A DNA stretch of 64,000 nucleotides from Camelus dromedarius (lineage: Eukaryota). The notes under the pieces were generated by a model. That model was not told the DNA's origin. It searched no databases and worked only from the letters and a program-made list of their open reading frames with translations. Position numbers and translations under genes: made by a program. Location of the stretch: contig NC_087437.1 in NCBI RefSeq assembly GCF_036321535.1, positions 19,284,001 to 19,348,000 of the forward strand, in the 5' to 3' direction. Shown piece by piece: positions 1 through 12,100 of this stretch (position 1 is the stretch's first letter; each line of letters begins with the position of its first letter).

Positions 1-68
1 GAATGTGCCTCAAACATGTGAACTCTCTCCAGAGTGTTGTAGTTGAACACTCTAATGTGCATGTCATC
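1..68 (-). CDS. COPB2: COPB2 (coatomer subunit beta') coding exon 4, truncated by window edge
   Basis: Minus strand reads tttctag|GAT GAC ATG CAC ATT AGA... = DDMHIRVFNYNTLERVHMFEAH(S), the beta'-COP N-terminal WD40 sequence. AG acceptor at 69-70, in phase with exon 3. Confidence 0.97.
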
Positions 69-271
69 CTAGAAACGCAAATTAAAAAGCCACCATTAGT
101 GTTATGAAATAAACTGCACAAAAATGTATACTACAGGCTCAAGCTACAACGCCCAGGCTTCCAAACATGGCGCTAACAAGACAAGCCAAGCATTGAAAGT
201 CTGCACCTTGTTTAAGTCATCACTGACCAATTCAGAAATGGGAGTAGAAATTCATGGGATTAATCACTTAC

Positions 272-358
272 CGCTCCTGTCACAACCCAATTCTTCCTCG
301 CAACAAACTTTGCAGCTCGAACAGGAAGATCACACACTTCAAAAGTTTTCACCAGTGT
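272..358 (-). CDS. COPB2: COPB2 coding exon 3 (87 nt, TLVKTFEVCDLPVRAAKFVARKNWVVTGA)
   Basis: ttttaaag acceptor, GCG|gtaagt donor, 29 codons, phase 0. The peptide matches beta'-COP. Confidence 0.98.
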
Positions 359-639
359 CTTTAAAATTTAACAAGAATATACACTTTGAGTTATGAGAAA
401 ACAAGCAAAGAATCTATTCTGTTACGATTAAAACATCCAATTATTTAGATCACTTCTAATTTTAAAATATTCTCAGGCTAAAATATAAAAGCACAACAGT
501 CAAATGAAAAAAAAAAATAAGACCATCATCTTTTCTTTAACAGATTCAATACTAAAATCCTATAAAAGATAAAAGTAAGCAAACGCCCACAAGATGGAGT
601 CCCAGGTCCTCTGTGCTCCAAGCCCTTCCCTCCTTCTCT

Positions 640-880
640 AGCCTCATCTTTGGCTACTCCCAGCTTTACCTTTGCTCCTGTTCCCTCTGCCTGAAAACCC
701 ACCCACAGAACCTCATCCTCCACTTTCATAACACAGCACCTTCATAACTACATGTTTAATGTCAATCTTGCCTGCTACGCAGCCTGAGGGCAGAAATCTC
801 ATTCACCACTGTATTCCTAAGAGCCTAGAACAGTGGCTGGAAAACAATCAATGTGCAATAAGTATTTGTTAAATGAATTA
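640..880 (+). mobile_element. L2 3' end fragment in COPB2 intron 2
   Basis: TTCACCACTGTATTCCTAAGAGCCTAGAACAGTG...CAATAAGTATTTGTTAAATGAAT. Confidence 0.65.
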
Positions 881-3583
881 GCTCTCAGTTTTCCTTTTTA
901 AAAAAATTAAACTCATAATAAACTTAAAACTTATAAACAAGAAACAATTCTTTTGTACATTTTAGCAATATGCTTCCATACAAATGTTATTTCTTTTTAG
1001 TAAAGTATGAGAACGCAGTGATTTAGATGTCTCTAAAGCTACTCAGAATGGAACTATACACAAAGGATAAAGGTGGAAAACTAGGAGACCCTGCTAGAAA
1101 GAGCAGGGATGAATGCATCTTTGTCCTCCCATTTTGCTGCCTTGTTCTTCAAAATTCTGAACTAAAACTATCATTCTTCAATCTCTTTCTGTACCAGAGA
1201 ATAATGAAAATAGCATAGTCTTACTGATTAACCTTGTGCACTACACTGAAAAACAGGAAAAAAAAAAAAAAAAAGAAAAACAGGGACTGATCATAACTGT
1301 TGAAACAACTCCAGCTTCCCGAGCAAGACTTCAAAGAGTCTTCAAAGACTGAATAAGTGGGGACATCAGCTCCCACCTGTACAACCACTACCAGTTGACT
1401 GTGACTCAGACAAAGAGAACAGACAGAGCATGCAACCTATAAGATAACAGACAAATCCACAAAACCTTGTAAGGAGCCAACAAATTCATGGATTTGCTGA
1501 GCAGTGAAAAAATAAAGCAGCTACAGAACTAAAAGTCATGGTTCAAGTCCACATTAAGTGCTGCGGCTGATACCAATGACCTAAGGGATGGTCTCCGCAC
1601 TTCAGGAGATAAATGAGCTAAAAGAGGAGGAAATGCTACACACTCAACAAACAAACCACCAACTAAGGTAGGAAAACAGGGAAATGCTCGTGTGGTACCT
1701 TATAGGTCTCGAACACAATTTTATCTAACTTGACTGAATCCTCCTGACAATCCTGCGATGTAGGGAAGGCACCATATCATTTTCATTTGGGTAAGTAAAT
1801 TGAGTCTCACCACAGTTAAAGGCTTGCCCACATCATTTAATTAGCAGGATGGCTTCAAATTCTAACATAATGATTTTTTTTAAAACACTGCACCCCCTGC
1901 CAAAAGCATATAATATCTTCTTATTTGAAATCAAGTACATTTGAGTTTACTTCCAAAAACCATTTTGGCTCTTTGAAGAATTTTGCTCTCTATATACATA
2001 CATGACTGGCAAGTAACTCATGTTGGTGACAGAGGAAAGAAAGCAAGGAGAAGAAAAAAAACAGATCAACTATTCAACAAAGACTTACTATCTACTATCA
2101 GCCTGACTGCCTAACAATGGGAATTAAGACTAGCATAATCCTAATCTTCACAGAACCTCCATTCTAGAATGAAATAAGGGAAAAATTACCAATGAGATAA
2201 ATTATAGAAGGAGAAGTAGACAGCCCTGCAGGAAGGGACAGAAGGGCACAAAAAGAAAAATGAAGCAAAGTAGGTGACCCAGATAAAGCAGAGTTTGTTA
2301 CAGTAAAGCCTAGAGAAAGATAAGGGAAATACACCTGGGCTCGAGAACACACTATAGTGAAATGACAGAGCTGAGACATGGCTAAATGGACAGAGGGGAC
2401 CCCCAGGAAGCATTAGGAAGCATGGTGGGGGTGGGGGAGGCACCAATACATCTGTTAAGCATAAAATCAGAAACGCATTAAACATTTGTAGAGTAGGTTC
2501 CCCAACCCCTGCCCTCACCCTCCAAAAGACAAGCAGTTAGCAAGCACACTCCCTGCATCAAGGCAAAAGGAATTCACAAGATAAAGATGTGAAATTGCAG
2601 AGGACATAAATTCTGAAATAGTGATTTAGTGGTGCATGGAATGTTTATTATTCATTAGTTCAACACATAAATATTGAGCACTTCCTGTGTGTCAGGTAAT
2701 GTCACAGGCACTGGGATACAGCAGAGAACAGGATTTTAATGTGTGTAAAATGTCACATGTGGAGTCTTGGTTGAGTGTGCAGTCATTACTGTTTCATTAG
2801 CATGATATAAGCTGCAAGGGTGTTTTTTAGGTTTACTCCTGACCTTGGTTCCCTAAGGCCTATTTTGGCCATCTTAAATCCCTCAAATGTGAATTTTATC
2901 TGGCTTTTAAGAACTTAATCTTGGATGTTGAGGATAATTACTGTATAAATAGATACAAACCGTATAGTACAGTGCTGACTATATGTTCTGTACTTCGAAA
3001 GAGAAAGATTAAAGCTGGCCAATAAGTTTGGAAAATATGAGATAAACTAAATTGAAAGATATATTATTTACTCAGATGAAAGTATTTAAGGTAGATAATC
3101 TGTAAAATGCATGTTCTCACATGTAATGAGAAGCCGACTACAAATACTTCTCTGCTATAAGCTATGATTTGTGTGGCTGACTGAAAGTTATCTGCATCAT
3201 ACATTATATCGAGCACTTAGGAAAAAATTAATGAAAGTAAAAACCCCATTCTTATTGTTAGAATACTCACTGAATGGAAAATTCAGTACTGTTAAATACT
3301 TTATCTAGAGCAAGCGATCTTATATTGGTGTCAGTTTCCTTAATTTCAAAGATGAGCTAATACTATCTACATCAGAACTTAACATTTAAATATCGGAAAT
3401 AATGTTTCCAGAACAATTTCTCCCACAAGCTCTATCCTCATAAATATTAGTTTATTACAAACACTTTGTACCAATTTATTTGAGAAAGCAGCCTGCATAT
3501 ACTACTGGATTCTGTTATGATATTCCTTCTCTTTCATTATAGTCTAACACAGTACATCTAGTAAAGTCCTTAAAAATTCCTAC

Positions 3584-3721
3584 CTGTGTTTCATGATTCC
3601 AAACGCACACACTGCCATTGTAAAGACTTGCCAACATCCATGGCTCTGTAGGATGCAAATCCACACTCTTTACTCGATCAGATCGAGCAGTTAGCTTTCT
3701 CTTGATATCGAGTCGCAGAGG
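3584..3721 (-). CDS. COPB2: COPB2 coding exon 2 (138 nt, [46 protein letters not shown])
   Basis: tgtccttag acceptor, CAG|gtagga donor, 46 codons. The peptide is the beta'-COP N-terminus. Confidence 0.98.
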
Positions 3722-4070
3722 CTAAGGACAAACATTCAAAAAAAATAAATAAATAAATTGCTATGCTAAATAAAACCTGATTGAGATCTTAACTAAAAAC
3801 AGTGCATTAACATGATTACAAAATAGAAAAAAAAAAAAGAATGTACTTAACAGGGAACTGGGGCAGGAGAGTAGATACGGGTAATGAAAGGCCTTTTAAC
3901 CAGAAAGTGTGATTCAATGAGATAATATATGTAAAATATTTTTTTAAAAGCATGATTATAAAACAATTCAGTTTTTATTTTGCTAAATTGTAGATGCAGT
4001 ATAAAGTATGAAGTACCTACTTACTCATATATACAAAAAATACAAGTATTTAAAATTTTTAAATTTATAG

Positions 4071-4430
4071 CAGCAATTGTCAAACTTTTTGGTCTTAGGA
4101 CACCTTTACAGCCTTAAAAATTTTGAGGATTCTGTTTATGTAGGTTACATCTATTAACATTTACCATGTTAAAAGTTAAAACTGAGACAACTTAAAAAAT
4201 TCATGTCTCAATTCATTTTCAAATAAACAAACCTATTAGTTAACTTAAATAAGATATTTTTATGAAAACTATATTTTCAAAAGAAATTTAATGATAACAG
4301 TGGCAATGTTTCACATTTTTGTAAAATTCTTTAAATTCTGACTTAGTAGGAAACATTTGGTTTCTCATATCTGTTTCAGCCTTCAATATGTTGTGATGTA
4401 CTGTTTTGATTGATGTACATGAAAAAAAAA
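4071..4430 (+). mobile_element. hAT-Charlie DNA transposon fragment (Charlie1-like)
   Basis: Begins CAGCAATTGTCAAACTTTTTGGTCTTAGGACACCTTTACA, resembling the Charlie1 left end as recalled. Confidence 0.7.
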
Positions 4431-4439
4431 AAACACCTG

Positions 4440-4795
4440 GCTCAAAGATACGGAGAAGATTGGTGGTTGCCAGAGGCGGAATGTGGAAGGGGGCAAAATG
4501 GGTGAAGGAGGTCAAAAGGTACAAACTTCCAGTTATAAAATAAACAAGTCATGGGGATGTCATGTACAGCACAGTGACTGCAGTTAGTAATACAGTGTTG
4601 CATATCTGAAAGCTGTTAAAAGAACAGATCTTAAAAGTTCTCATTAAAAGAAAAAAGACATTTTTGTTACTATATAAGGTGACAGATGTTAACTAGACTT
4701 ACTGAGGTGATAGTTTCACAATGTATACAAATATCGAACTGCACACCTTGAACTAATATGTCATAGTCAATTATATCTCAATTATGGAAAAAATT
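4440..4795 (+). mobile_element. L1MA-type 3'UTR fragment
   Basis: GATTGGTGGTTGCCAGAGG...GGTCAAAAGGTACAAACTTCCAGTTATAAAATAA...GTCAATTATATCTCAAT is a typical L1MA9-like 3' end. Confidence 0.75.
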
Positions 4796-6908
4796 GAGTT
4801 CTTCAAAGAGAAGTAGATTTATTCTGGCAATAATATTAGTAAATGCTAGGTAACGTAATATGAGATCAATATGGGCATACCCCTGTCCATGAAGGGCTCT
4901 GGAGTCAAATGGGAATATTTACAATATCTTAATGGATTTAAGATACAGGAACCAAATGGAAATTAAAACAATTTTAAACCAAAGCTAAAATACTCATCTT
5001 AAGTTAGAAAATACTAATAGTTTAAGACAGCCTTTTTCAACCTGGATTCTAAACCACAAAACAAAATGATCTGAACAATTATTTTCTCAATTCTCCCAAG
5101 GATACCTTTCTAGGAGAAAAATTAATTCATTATATACGATGATGGCTTAGGGCATCTTAATTTTCTCTTGGAAGCTGATCTGAGCAAGACTTGATTTAAA
5201 ATGTTTCCCCTTCAGCAGGTTTTAAACACAACCTAAAAGTTTATTTGGCAAGTTGAGTTATGGTCAAATTTTTATTCTTGCAGTCTTCCACGATGATCAT
5301 GAATGGGACAGAAATTTAATGCTACTTTTCAACACAAATGAAGACTGCTAGGTAACTTCAGCAGAGATAATTTCCTGAGACAAAGCAAACACCTCACAAA
5401 GCTTTTATTCACCATTTTGGATCTCTATCAAATTTGGGTCACTGACTACTTGGAATCTCATTCTTACTTCTGTAAGTGCCTCCCTCACTTCTGGCAACAA
5501 CCTACACCTCTTGCTTTCCTGTAAAAGCCCAGAGTTCTCTGGCTTTTCTCTATAATCACCACGTATCTTCCTCTCCAACTCAAACTTTCTACTTTCAACC
5601 CATCATCTTCACATTCCTTGCTGAAGCAGAATATTTACTTCATCCATTTCTGAATTTTGCTCCATTAATTGTCATCACAAACGTTAACTTTCTTTTTTAT
5701 TTTCTGGTCTCTTCAGAGTCAACAAACATGGCATGTATATTATATGCCAGGAACCATGATGGGGGCTTTAACATAAGCTAACACACCTCACACTTTTCCT
5801 CTAGTAAATGAAGAAACCGGACACTTATAAACTGTGTTTATTTTACTATTAAATATGTTTTAAATCACTTATTACTGGGTAAAAGTGATGCTTCAGGAAG
5901 GTGGCCCAAGGGACTGAGCAAACCCCAATATAACTCTATACACCCCCAATGCACAATCTCAGTTTAAAAAGCACAGCCAAGAGGTCATTTCTCCCAAGAT
6001 TTAAGGGACTACTTTGAGTGAGATATTCTACTAGGCACTATGGAATGCCAAGATGAGTAAGATACTCATACTGTACCCTTAACTCTAAATGTCTCCTTCT
6101 ATCTCCCAAAAGCTGGATGCAGTTACGACTCAGCTTTTTAAATGCCACTGCCAGCAATACAATCTTTTGGATTACCCTACAAGAAGTATCCTTTCCTATG
6201 GGATCCTCCAGGATTTAATTTTAACCTTTAATTTTAACCTGTAACCTTTGTGTACGTGTCTCTTTTGGCTTTCTAAAGTAGATGCTTCTCAAGGGGAGGG
6301 TCACTGCTTATTCACGTGTTTATCTCCACAGCATCTTATATATTTGGCTATGGGGGTTTAAGGACAGACAGTATAACCCAGGTCTAAAGAATCATGCTGG
6401 ATTCAAACTTCAGTTCCACCACTCATTTCAAACGCACAATAGTGGGCAGGTTTACTTCTCTCAGGTTTGATGTATGTAAAAGAGGGATAACACTGTTTTA
6501 TCTACCGCTTACTGTAATGAGAATTAAATTCAGTGGTAAGCGGTTAGTACAGTGCCTGGCCTACTGTAACCTCACTACTTCATAAACATTTACAACTCAC
6601 TCTCCATGCTGTTGGGAGAATTCAGAGGCAAATATTCAGCAAAGTTCATAGCACATGGTAAACACTCTAGAGTAAATGAGTGAATAATAAATTCACATTT
6701 TATATCTTCTACAGGACATTTTAAATGTGTTAAAGAATGAAGAAAATACTCCATTATAAAAATACACTCTTAAAAGTAAAGACTGCAAAAGAAAACTGTA
6801 TTAGGCAGATTCAAGGACCATTTCCAAAAATGTCCATTGCTGAAAGCAGACCCCAGAGCAGGTCGTCGTAAATATCATGGGGTATAATTAAGAGACTTGA
6901 GTATTGTT

Positions 6909-7095
6909 CAGGGACTCTTAACCTGGGGACCCAAGAAAGCTCATGGATGAGGACTGGGAGAAGAGGGGGTGTCTGTAAATGAATCCACCAAAATTGTATG
7001 CAACACTGCATGATTCTTTATGCATTTTTCTGGAAGTATCCATAACATTCAACATTTTCCCCAGGCAATCGATCTTTGTTGTAGTTAAAACTCTG
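6909..7095. mobile_element. Short hAT-Charlie non-autonomous element
   Basis: CAGGGACTCTTAACCTGGGG...AAATTGTATGCAA...TGCATTTTTCTGG pattern of old Charlie MITEs. Confidence 0.5.
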
Positions 7096-7699
7096 CAACA
7101 ATTAACCTTAAATGAACAAAGTTTTTTTTCTCTTTAATCACAGGTGAGGAGATTGAACTTCTTAATCCCTAAGGTCTTCAAGCTCAAAATCTTTGAACCT
7201 GTGCTTCATAACAAGTGAAAAACACAAGCAGGAAAATGTTTAAATATAAAACACTTTCTTGCATGTTTTTGGAAAGGAATTCTCACACTATCGTATCCTT
7301 TTTCTTCTTATTGTAACACTTCTGTGCAAAAATATTTTAAAGCATATTTGGGAGTGACTTTAAAAAAATGCTGTCACGACTATCATTCTTACCAGCCACT
7401 ATATTTGCAAATGCAGAAAAGCAAGCCAAAACGTTTTATAAACTCCCGAACTCTTTTCTCCCTAGAAACTTAAGCTGAAATCCTAAAGCATTTGAAATTC
7501 CACTTTTAACTTCATACACTTTTTACTTTGGGGGGGGGGTGCTCTTCTGCTTAAGTTGGTAGTCTGTGGTCAGCACATACTATACCAGAACAAGCTCAAC
7601 ATGAGCGCAAAATCAGCTGTCACCGTTTTAAGCGCAAAATGAGGTAGTTTTGTCAAAGCCATCTACGGAATTCAACGTTTTCCATGTCCTGTGTTTCCC

Positions 7700-8250
7700 C
7701 ACACCGCGGACTCCGCTGCAGACCGCTGGAGGTCTGGCAAACGCCGTAAGCACCGGAGGAGTCAGGGACCCCTCATTTTCAGGCACTGCCTCCCCAAACC
7801 ACTGCTTCCTCTCTCCCAGAATTCAAACTGACCAGGACCCCGCAAGGCCTGAGGCGGCGGCCGCAGCGGGAGCCCAGGCCGCCGCTTACTGCGGTCCCCA
7901 GGCCAGGAGCCCCACGAACTGGCTTTGGTCGCAGGGGCCCCGCTCCCACCTGCAGGGTTTGCACATACCATGGCTCCGTCGGTCCGAGCCCGGGCGCCCT
8001 CACTTGCTAACGGCGAACCAGTCCCGGAGCGACCCTCCGACCCGCTGACCGGCCAACCGACTGACGTGGAACTTCCGGGAGGAGTTCTCGCGATAGTGGA
8101 GCGCAGGAGCCAGTGGAGCGCCTGCGCAAACCCGGCTCAGGGCTGACGTTTCCCAAGCCCCGCCCCAATTTCCTAGGCAACGTGGCCTCCAAACTGCCCT
8201 GATCCGACCTGGCGTGGCGGGGTGTGGCCTTCGCTGCTCAGCGCTGTGTC
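7700..8250. promoter_or_regulatory. COPB2: CpG island / TATA-less COPB2 promoter, possibly bidirectional
   Basis: Sharp rise in GC and CpG around exon 1. Motifs: TGACGTGG 8062-8069, ACTTCCGG 8071-8078, TCTCGCGATA 8086-8095, GCGCCTGCGCA 8118-8128, GCCCCGCCCC 8157-8166, CCAAT 8165-8169, CCTAGGCAAC 8172-8181, ACGTGGC 8180-8186. Confidence 0.9.
7969..7971 (-). CDS. COPB2: COPB2 exon 1 coding part (initiator ATG only)
   Basis: Minus strand reads GACGGAGCC ATG|gtatgt inside the CpG island. Splicing to exon 2 gives [10 protein letters not shown]. Confidence 0.93.
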
Positions 8251-9131
8251 TTGGGGCTGCTGAACGTGGACGAGAATCAGAAAAGCAGGAGATAAAAAGG
8301 ATGAGAAAAAGGAATATGCTTCATCCGAGTAATAACGGCTGGGGAAGCTTACCCCATGGTGGAATTGTGTCGCAGGGGTCGAGAAGCGCTGTCCCGCCTC
8401 CTCTTACTCAGGCTCGGAGGACAGGGAGGGAGAGAGGAAGGAAGGCAGAGCGAGGCTCAAAGCCCAGTGTACTACCTGGGAGCTAGGCCCAGAGAGTTCC
8501 CTGCAGGCCCTGCACGGGGCACTGATTGAGCTGGGAAGATGTGGGCCGGATTCCGGGCCGACTTTAGGCCTTTGACGTCGGAAGGCAGCGAAGAGCCTTC
8601 AGCTCTGGAGCTCTCCAGAAGATGGGAGTATCAACCGTGCATGATCACCTTTGAGCATCGACTGCGTTGTTCATTCATTTGTAACTGGTTATCGATCTTT
8701 GGCTGTGTGCCAGACACTTTCCTCTCAAACCTTCACATCAAATCGGAATTATCTCCATTTTACTGTTGAGGGAACTAAGTCTCAAGGAAGCTAAGCGTCC
8801 CGGCCAAAGCTGCAGTTTGTGGTAGAGTCAGGATTTGATATCAGACAGATACGTCCTCAAAGTCCTGTTTTCTTTTCTACCACACAAGAGTTTATTAAGA
8901 TACACTGTAGAATAAGGATCTGTGCCACAGTAGTTGCAAAATAAAGCGCTAGAGCATTTGCCTACCACCACCCTCCTACATTCCCGCTTTTTAAAGTTAT
9001 TTTTGAGAAGTTTTTAAACACCATGGGCCAATTAACACGTGCCCTCTTGCTACATATAAACGTATAAATGTGTACGTTAGGCCTGAGAGTAGCCCTGGGG
9101 GGTTTTTTAGACCTCTAGATTATCTAAAAGG

Positions 9132-9132
<1 letters not shown>

Positions 9133-9173
<41 letters not shown>
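9133..9173. repeat. (TG)n microsatellite
   Basis: Direct read of the sequence. Confidence 0.95.
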
Positions 9174-9176
<3 letters not shown>

Positions 9177-12100
9177 AAGTGATGGAGACATATGGACTCT
9201 GCATCAGGTAATTTGGCTTTTAGCAGGAAATTTGTTACCAGTGTAACCTCTTTGTAGGACAGTTTTCCTCATCTTAAAAAAAAAGAAAAAAAACTAGATT
9301 GGATAATTTTTAAAGATCCTTCCATTTCTACTATTCTGTTTTCGTGATATTCAACAATAGAAAGAAGAGTGAGTCTGGAACTGGATTTTAGTGCCAGCAG
9401 TGTGATCTGATGATAACATAAATTGAGATTAATAATCGAATACTTCACTTACTCGATGGAATGATTGAGGAACACAAGAATTAGTTGAAAGTTCCACAAA
9501 TATGAACTATACCTAATTTGCTTGAATAGTGTAGCTTCCAGTATTTCTGATTTCTGAATACCTTTGCATTTGAGAGAGTGTCTTCAGACTTGACGCAGTA
9601 CCGAGTAATACAAAGTAAAATGATACCTCTTGCTCTCAAAGAATTCAACTGGGGATACTTAAATCTGTGCACACCATCAGGCACCCAAGGATTTACCTAG
9701 TTGGTATTGATGAGGGGCTGAGCCCTCAAATGTCACACTCACTTTGACTGTATATTTTCTCATTGTTTCCACAGCAGTTAACCAACATTAAGTTCTGCAG
9801 TTATGCACCATAAATTCATTCTTCTTTCAGCCATTACATACTGAATTTGTACTGTATCCAAAGACTACACTAGCTTCTGCCTGAAGATTATACCTATAAA
9901 AATTTAGTCTTGGATCTGGGTTGAAAGAAATTTCATTTTAAAGAAGTAAGATTCTCAAATATGAACTAATACATAAAATAACATTAAATATATATGTGTA
10001 TTCCAGTGTGTTCAACTCTGAGTTTAAAATAAAATCTTTTGTTTACTCTTTGGTTTAGAGGAGACTAGAAGTTGGAAAAACAGCTCTGGGGAAGAAAAGA
10101 AATATGGACAAGCTTAGCATATTGGTACAGGGTTTCCCAAGAGGTTGATTGCAATTGATCAACAGATCTTAAGAGTCTTATCTGGTCAGTTTCTAGGATG
10201 ACTCTTTCAACCCTGCCTGTTTTGCTGCTGCTGGGAGAATTTCCAAGTGGGAGTTCAGCCATCAGTGCCTCTATCAGTACTGTATAAACACTCTTCCCTT
10301 TCCATTCTTCCCCACAGCTTCAAAAGTTGAGGAAGTGAAAATAATTCCTTGAGGAAAAGTTTAGTTTTTAAAAATATGTATGCCTCATCACTTAGCAAAG
10401 TGGTGAGTGAGTAGAATGAATAAGAAACAGTTTCTCCCTTCAAAGAGATTACAATCTATAAGAGGTACCAATAAAATACTCTGAGGATAAAAAGTCCAGC
10501 TGGGGAGGTAACAAGTTTCATAAAGGAAGCAGAATTTGAGCTGGGCCTTGAGTTGACCACAAAAAAGTCTAGTGTGCTTGGAATAATGGTATTCATTTAG
10601 AAGGGCAGTGAAGGAGAAGACTGGAAAGGAAAGATGGGGCTAAAATCTGAAAATGTACCTAAATAGGGAGGAATTGGGCTTTGATTCAGCAAACAATTGG
10701 GAACAATTAAGCCAAAAAAAGTGTGTTCGTTTATGCACTGTATAAGATTTACCTTTTGTTGATGTGTATGAAGAAATGGATTGGAACAGTGAGAAACTAT
10801 ACAAGTTTGGATAACAATAGTAATAATGAGTAGATTCCATTGCGTGCCCACTTTGTACCCAGCACTGAAATATGCACTTTGCATGCTGCAATTCACATAG
10901 TAATAGTAAAAGATAGTCATTATTTTCTTCAACGTATAGATGGGAAACTGAGCCCAAATGGGTCAAGCAATATGCTCCATGCCACACTACTCAAGAATGA
11001 ACAACAGACTTAAGATCTGAACCCAAGTTTATCTCCAAAACAAATATTCTTTTTCCTGGACTGTGATTTCTTTCTATTTCACTAAGAAGCTCAAACCAAC
11101 AGGATACAAACAATTTGAGTTTGTTTTGTGAGTTAAAGGATTGGGAGACATCCTAATGCTAATGTTTTGAATCTAATGAACCCAGAGGAATATCTTTAAT
11201 TAGAGGAAGAAATGGAGCCAATAAATGACACAGAAAAGGAACAATTAGAATAAGACAGCTAGGAAAACTGTGTGTCACAGAAGGAAAGGGAGGGAGAATG
11301 TAGTAGGGTGATGAGCAATCTGGATGGCTTTAGAGAACTTAAGGAAGCTTGATATTTTGGGGAAAAAACTATTGCTTATGAATTAAATGATTATGAGGAC
11401 ACTAGTAGCCTTAAAAAAATTTTTTTTTCAGTTGAGTATTGCTAGGGGAAGCAGGTTAGCAAGGGATTAAGAAATAATTGGATGATAAAGAAGTGGAAGC
11501 GGTGAGTATAGACTATTTTACTGAAAGTTTAGTGATGTCTCACTAAAAGTGGATTGATTGTTCCCATATTTGGTGTGTATTTGACATTAATTACTTCATA
11601 ACACTCCAAATGGATATATGCAACTAAGTGGATCTTTATGGTGCGACTAGGAACTAGCCAGAAAAATGTCAAGAGGGGATATGCAGGACTTTTTAAGTGA
11701 AGGGAGCAGAGAGTTTGATTTTTCCAGAGAACGAAAAATAGGTTAGCATACTTGGGCCAGAGAATAAGCAGGGGGAGGATTGAGATATGGGACTAGAGAG
11801 ATAGATGAAACTCAGATCCTGAAAGCCCATGATTGCCAGGTTAAGGAGTCTGGATTTTATCCTGAAGGCTCTAGGGAACCATTGAGGAATGTTAAGTGGG
11901 GTAATCTTCATGCTCTATTACTGATTCCTCGTTGCCTGTCAGTTACTTTCCCTATTAAAGGAAATGTTAAAGTTCTCAGCTGGATTTCTGCATGAAGTGA
12001 ATGAAAATGCGAGTTTTGACCACATAATCACATAGCAATCATCAAGAGACTAAACTGAGTTGGTGTACCACTGAGTTGTGTTCCAAGAAGAAAGAAGCTT

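Noticed and set aside
8165..8182. Possible ERSE (CCAAT-N9-CCACG)
   Set aside because: The spacing is 8 nt and the second half reads CAACG, so it is not a match.
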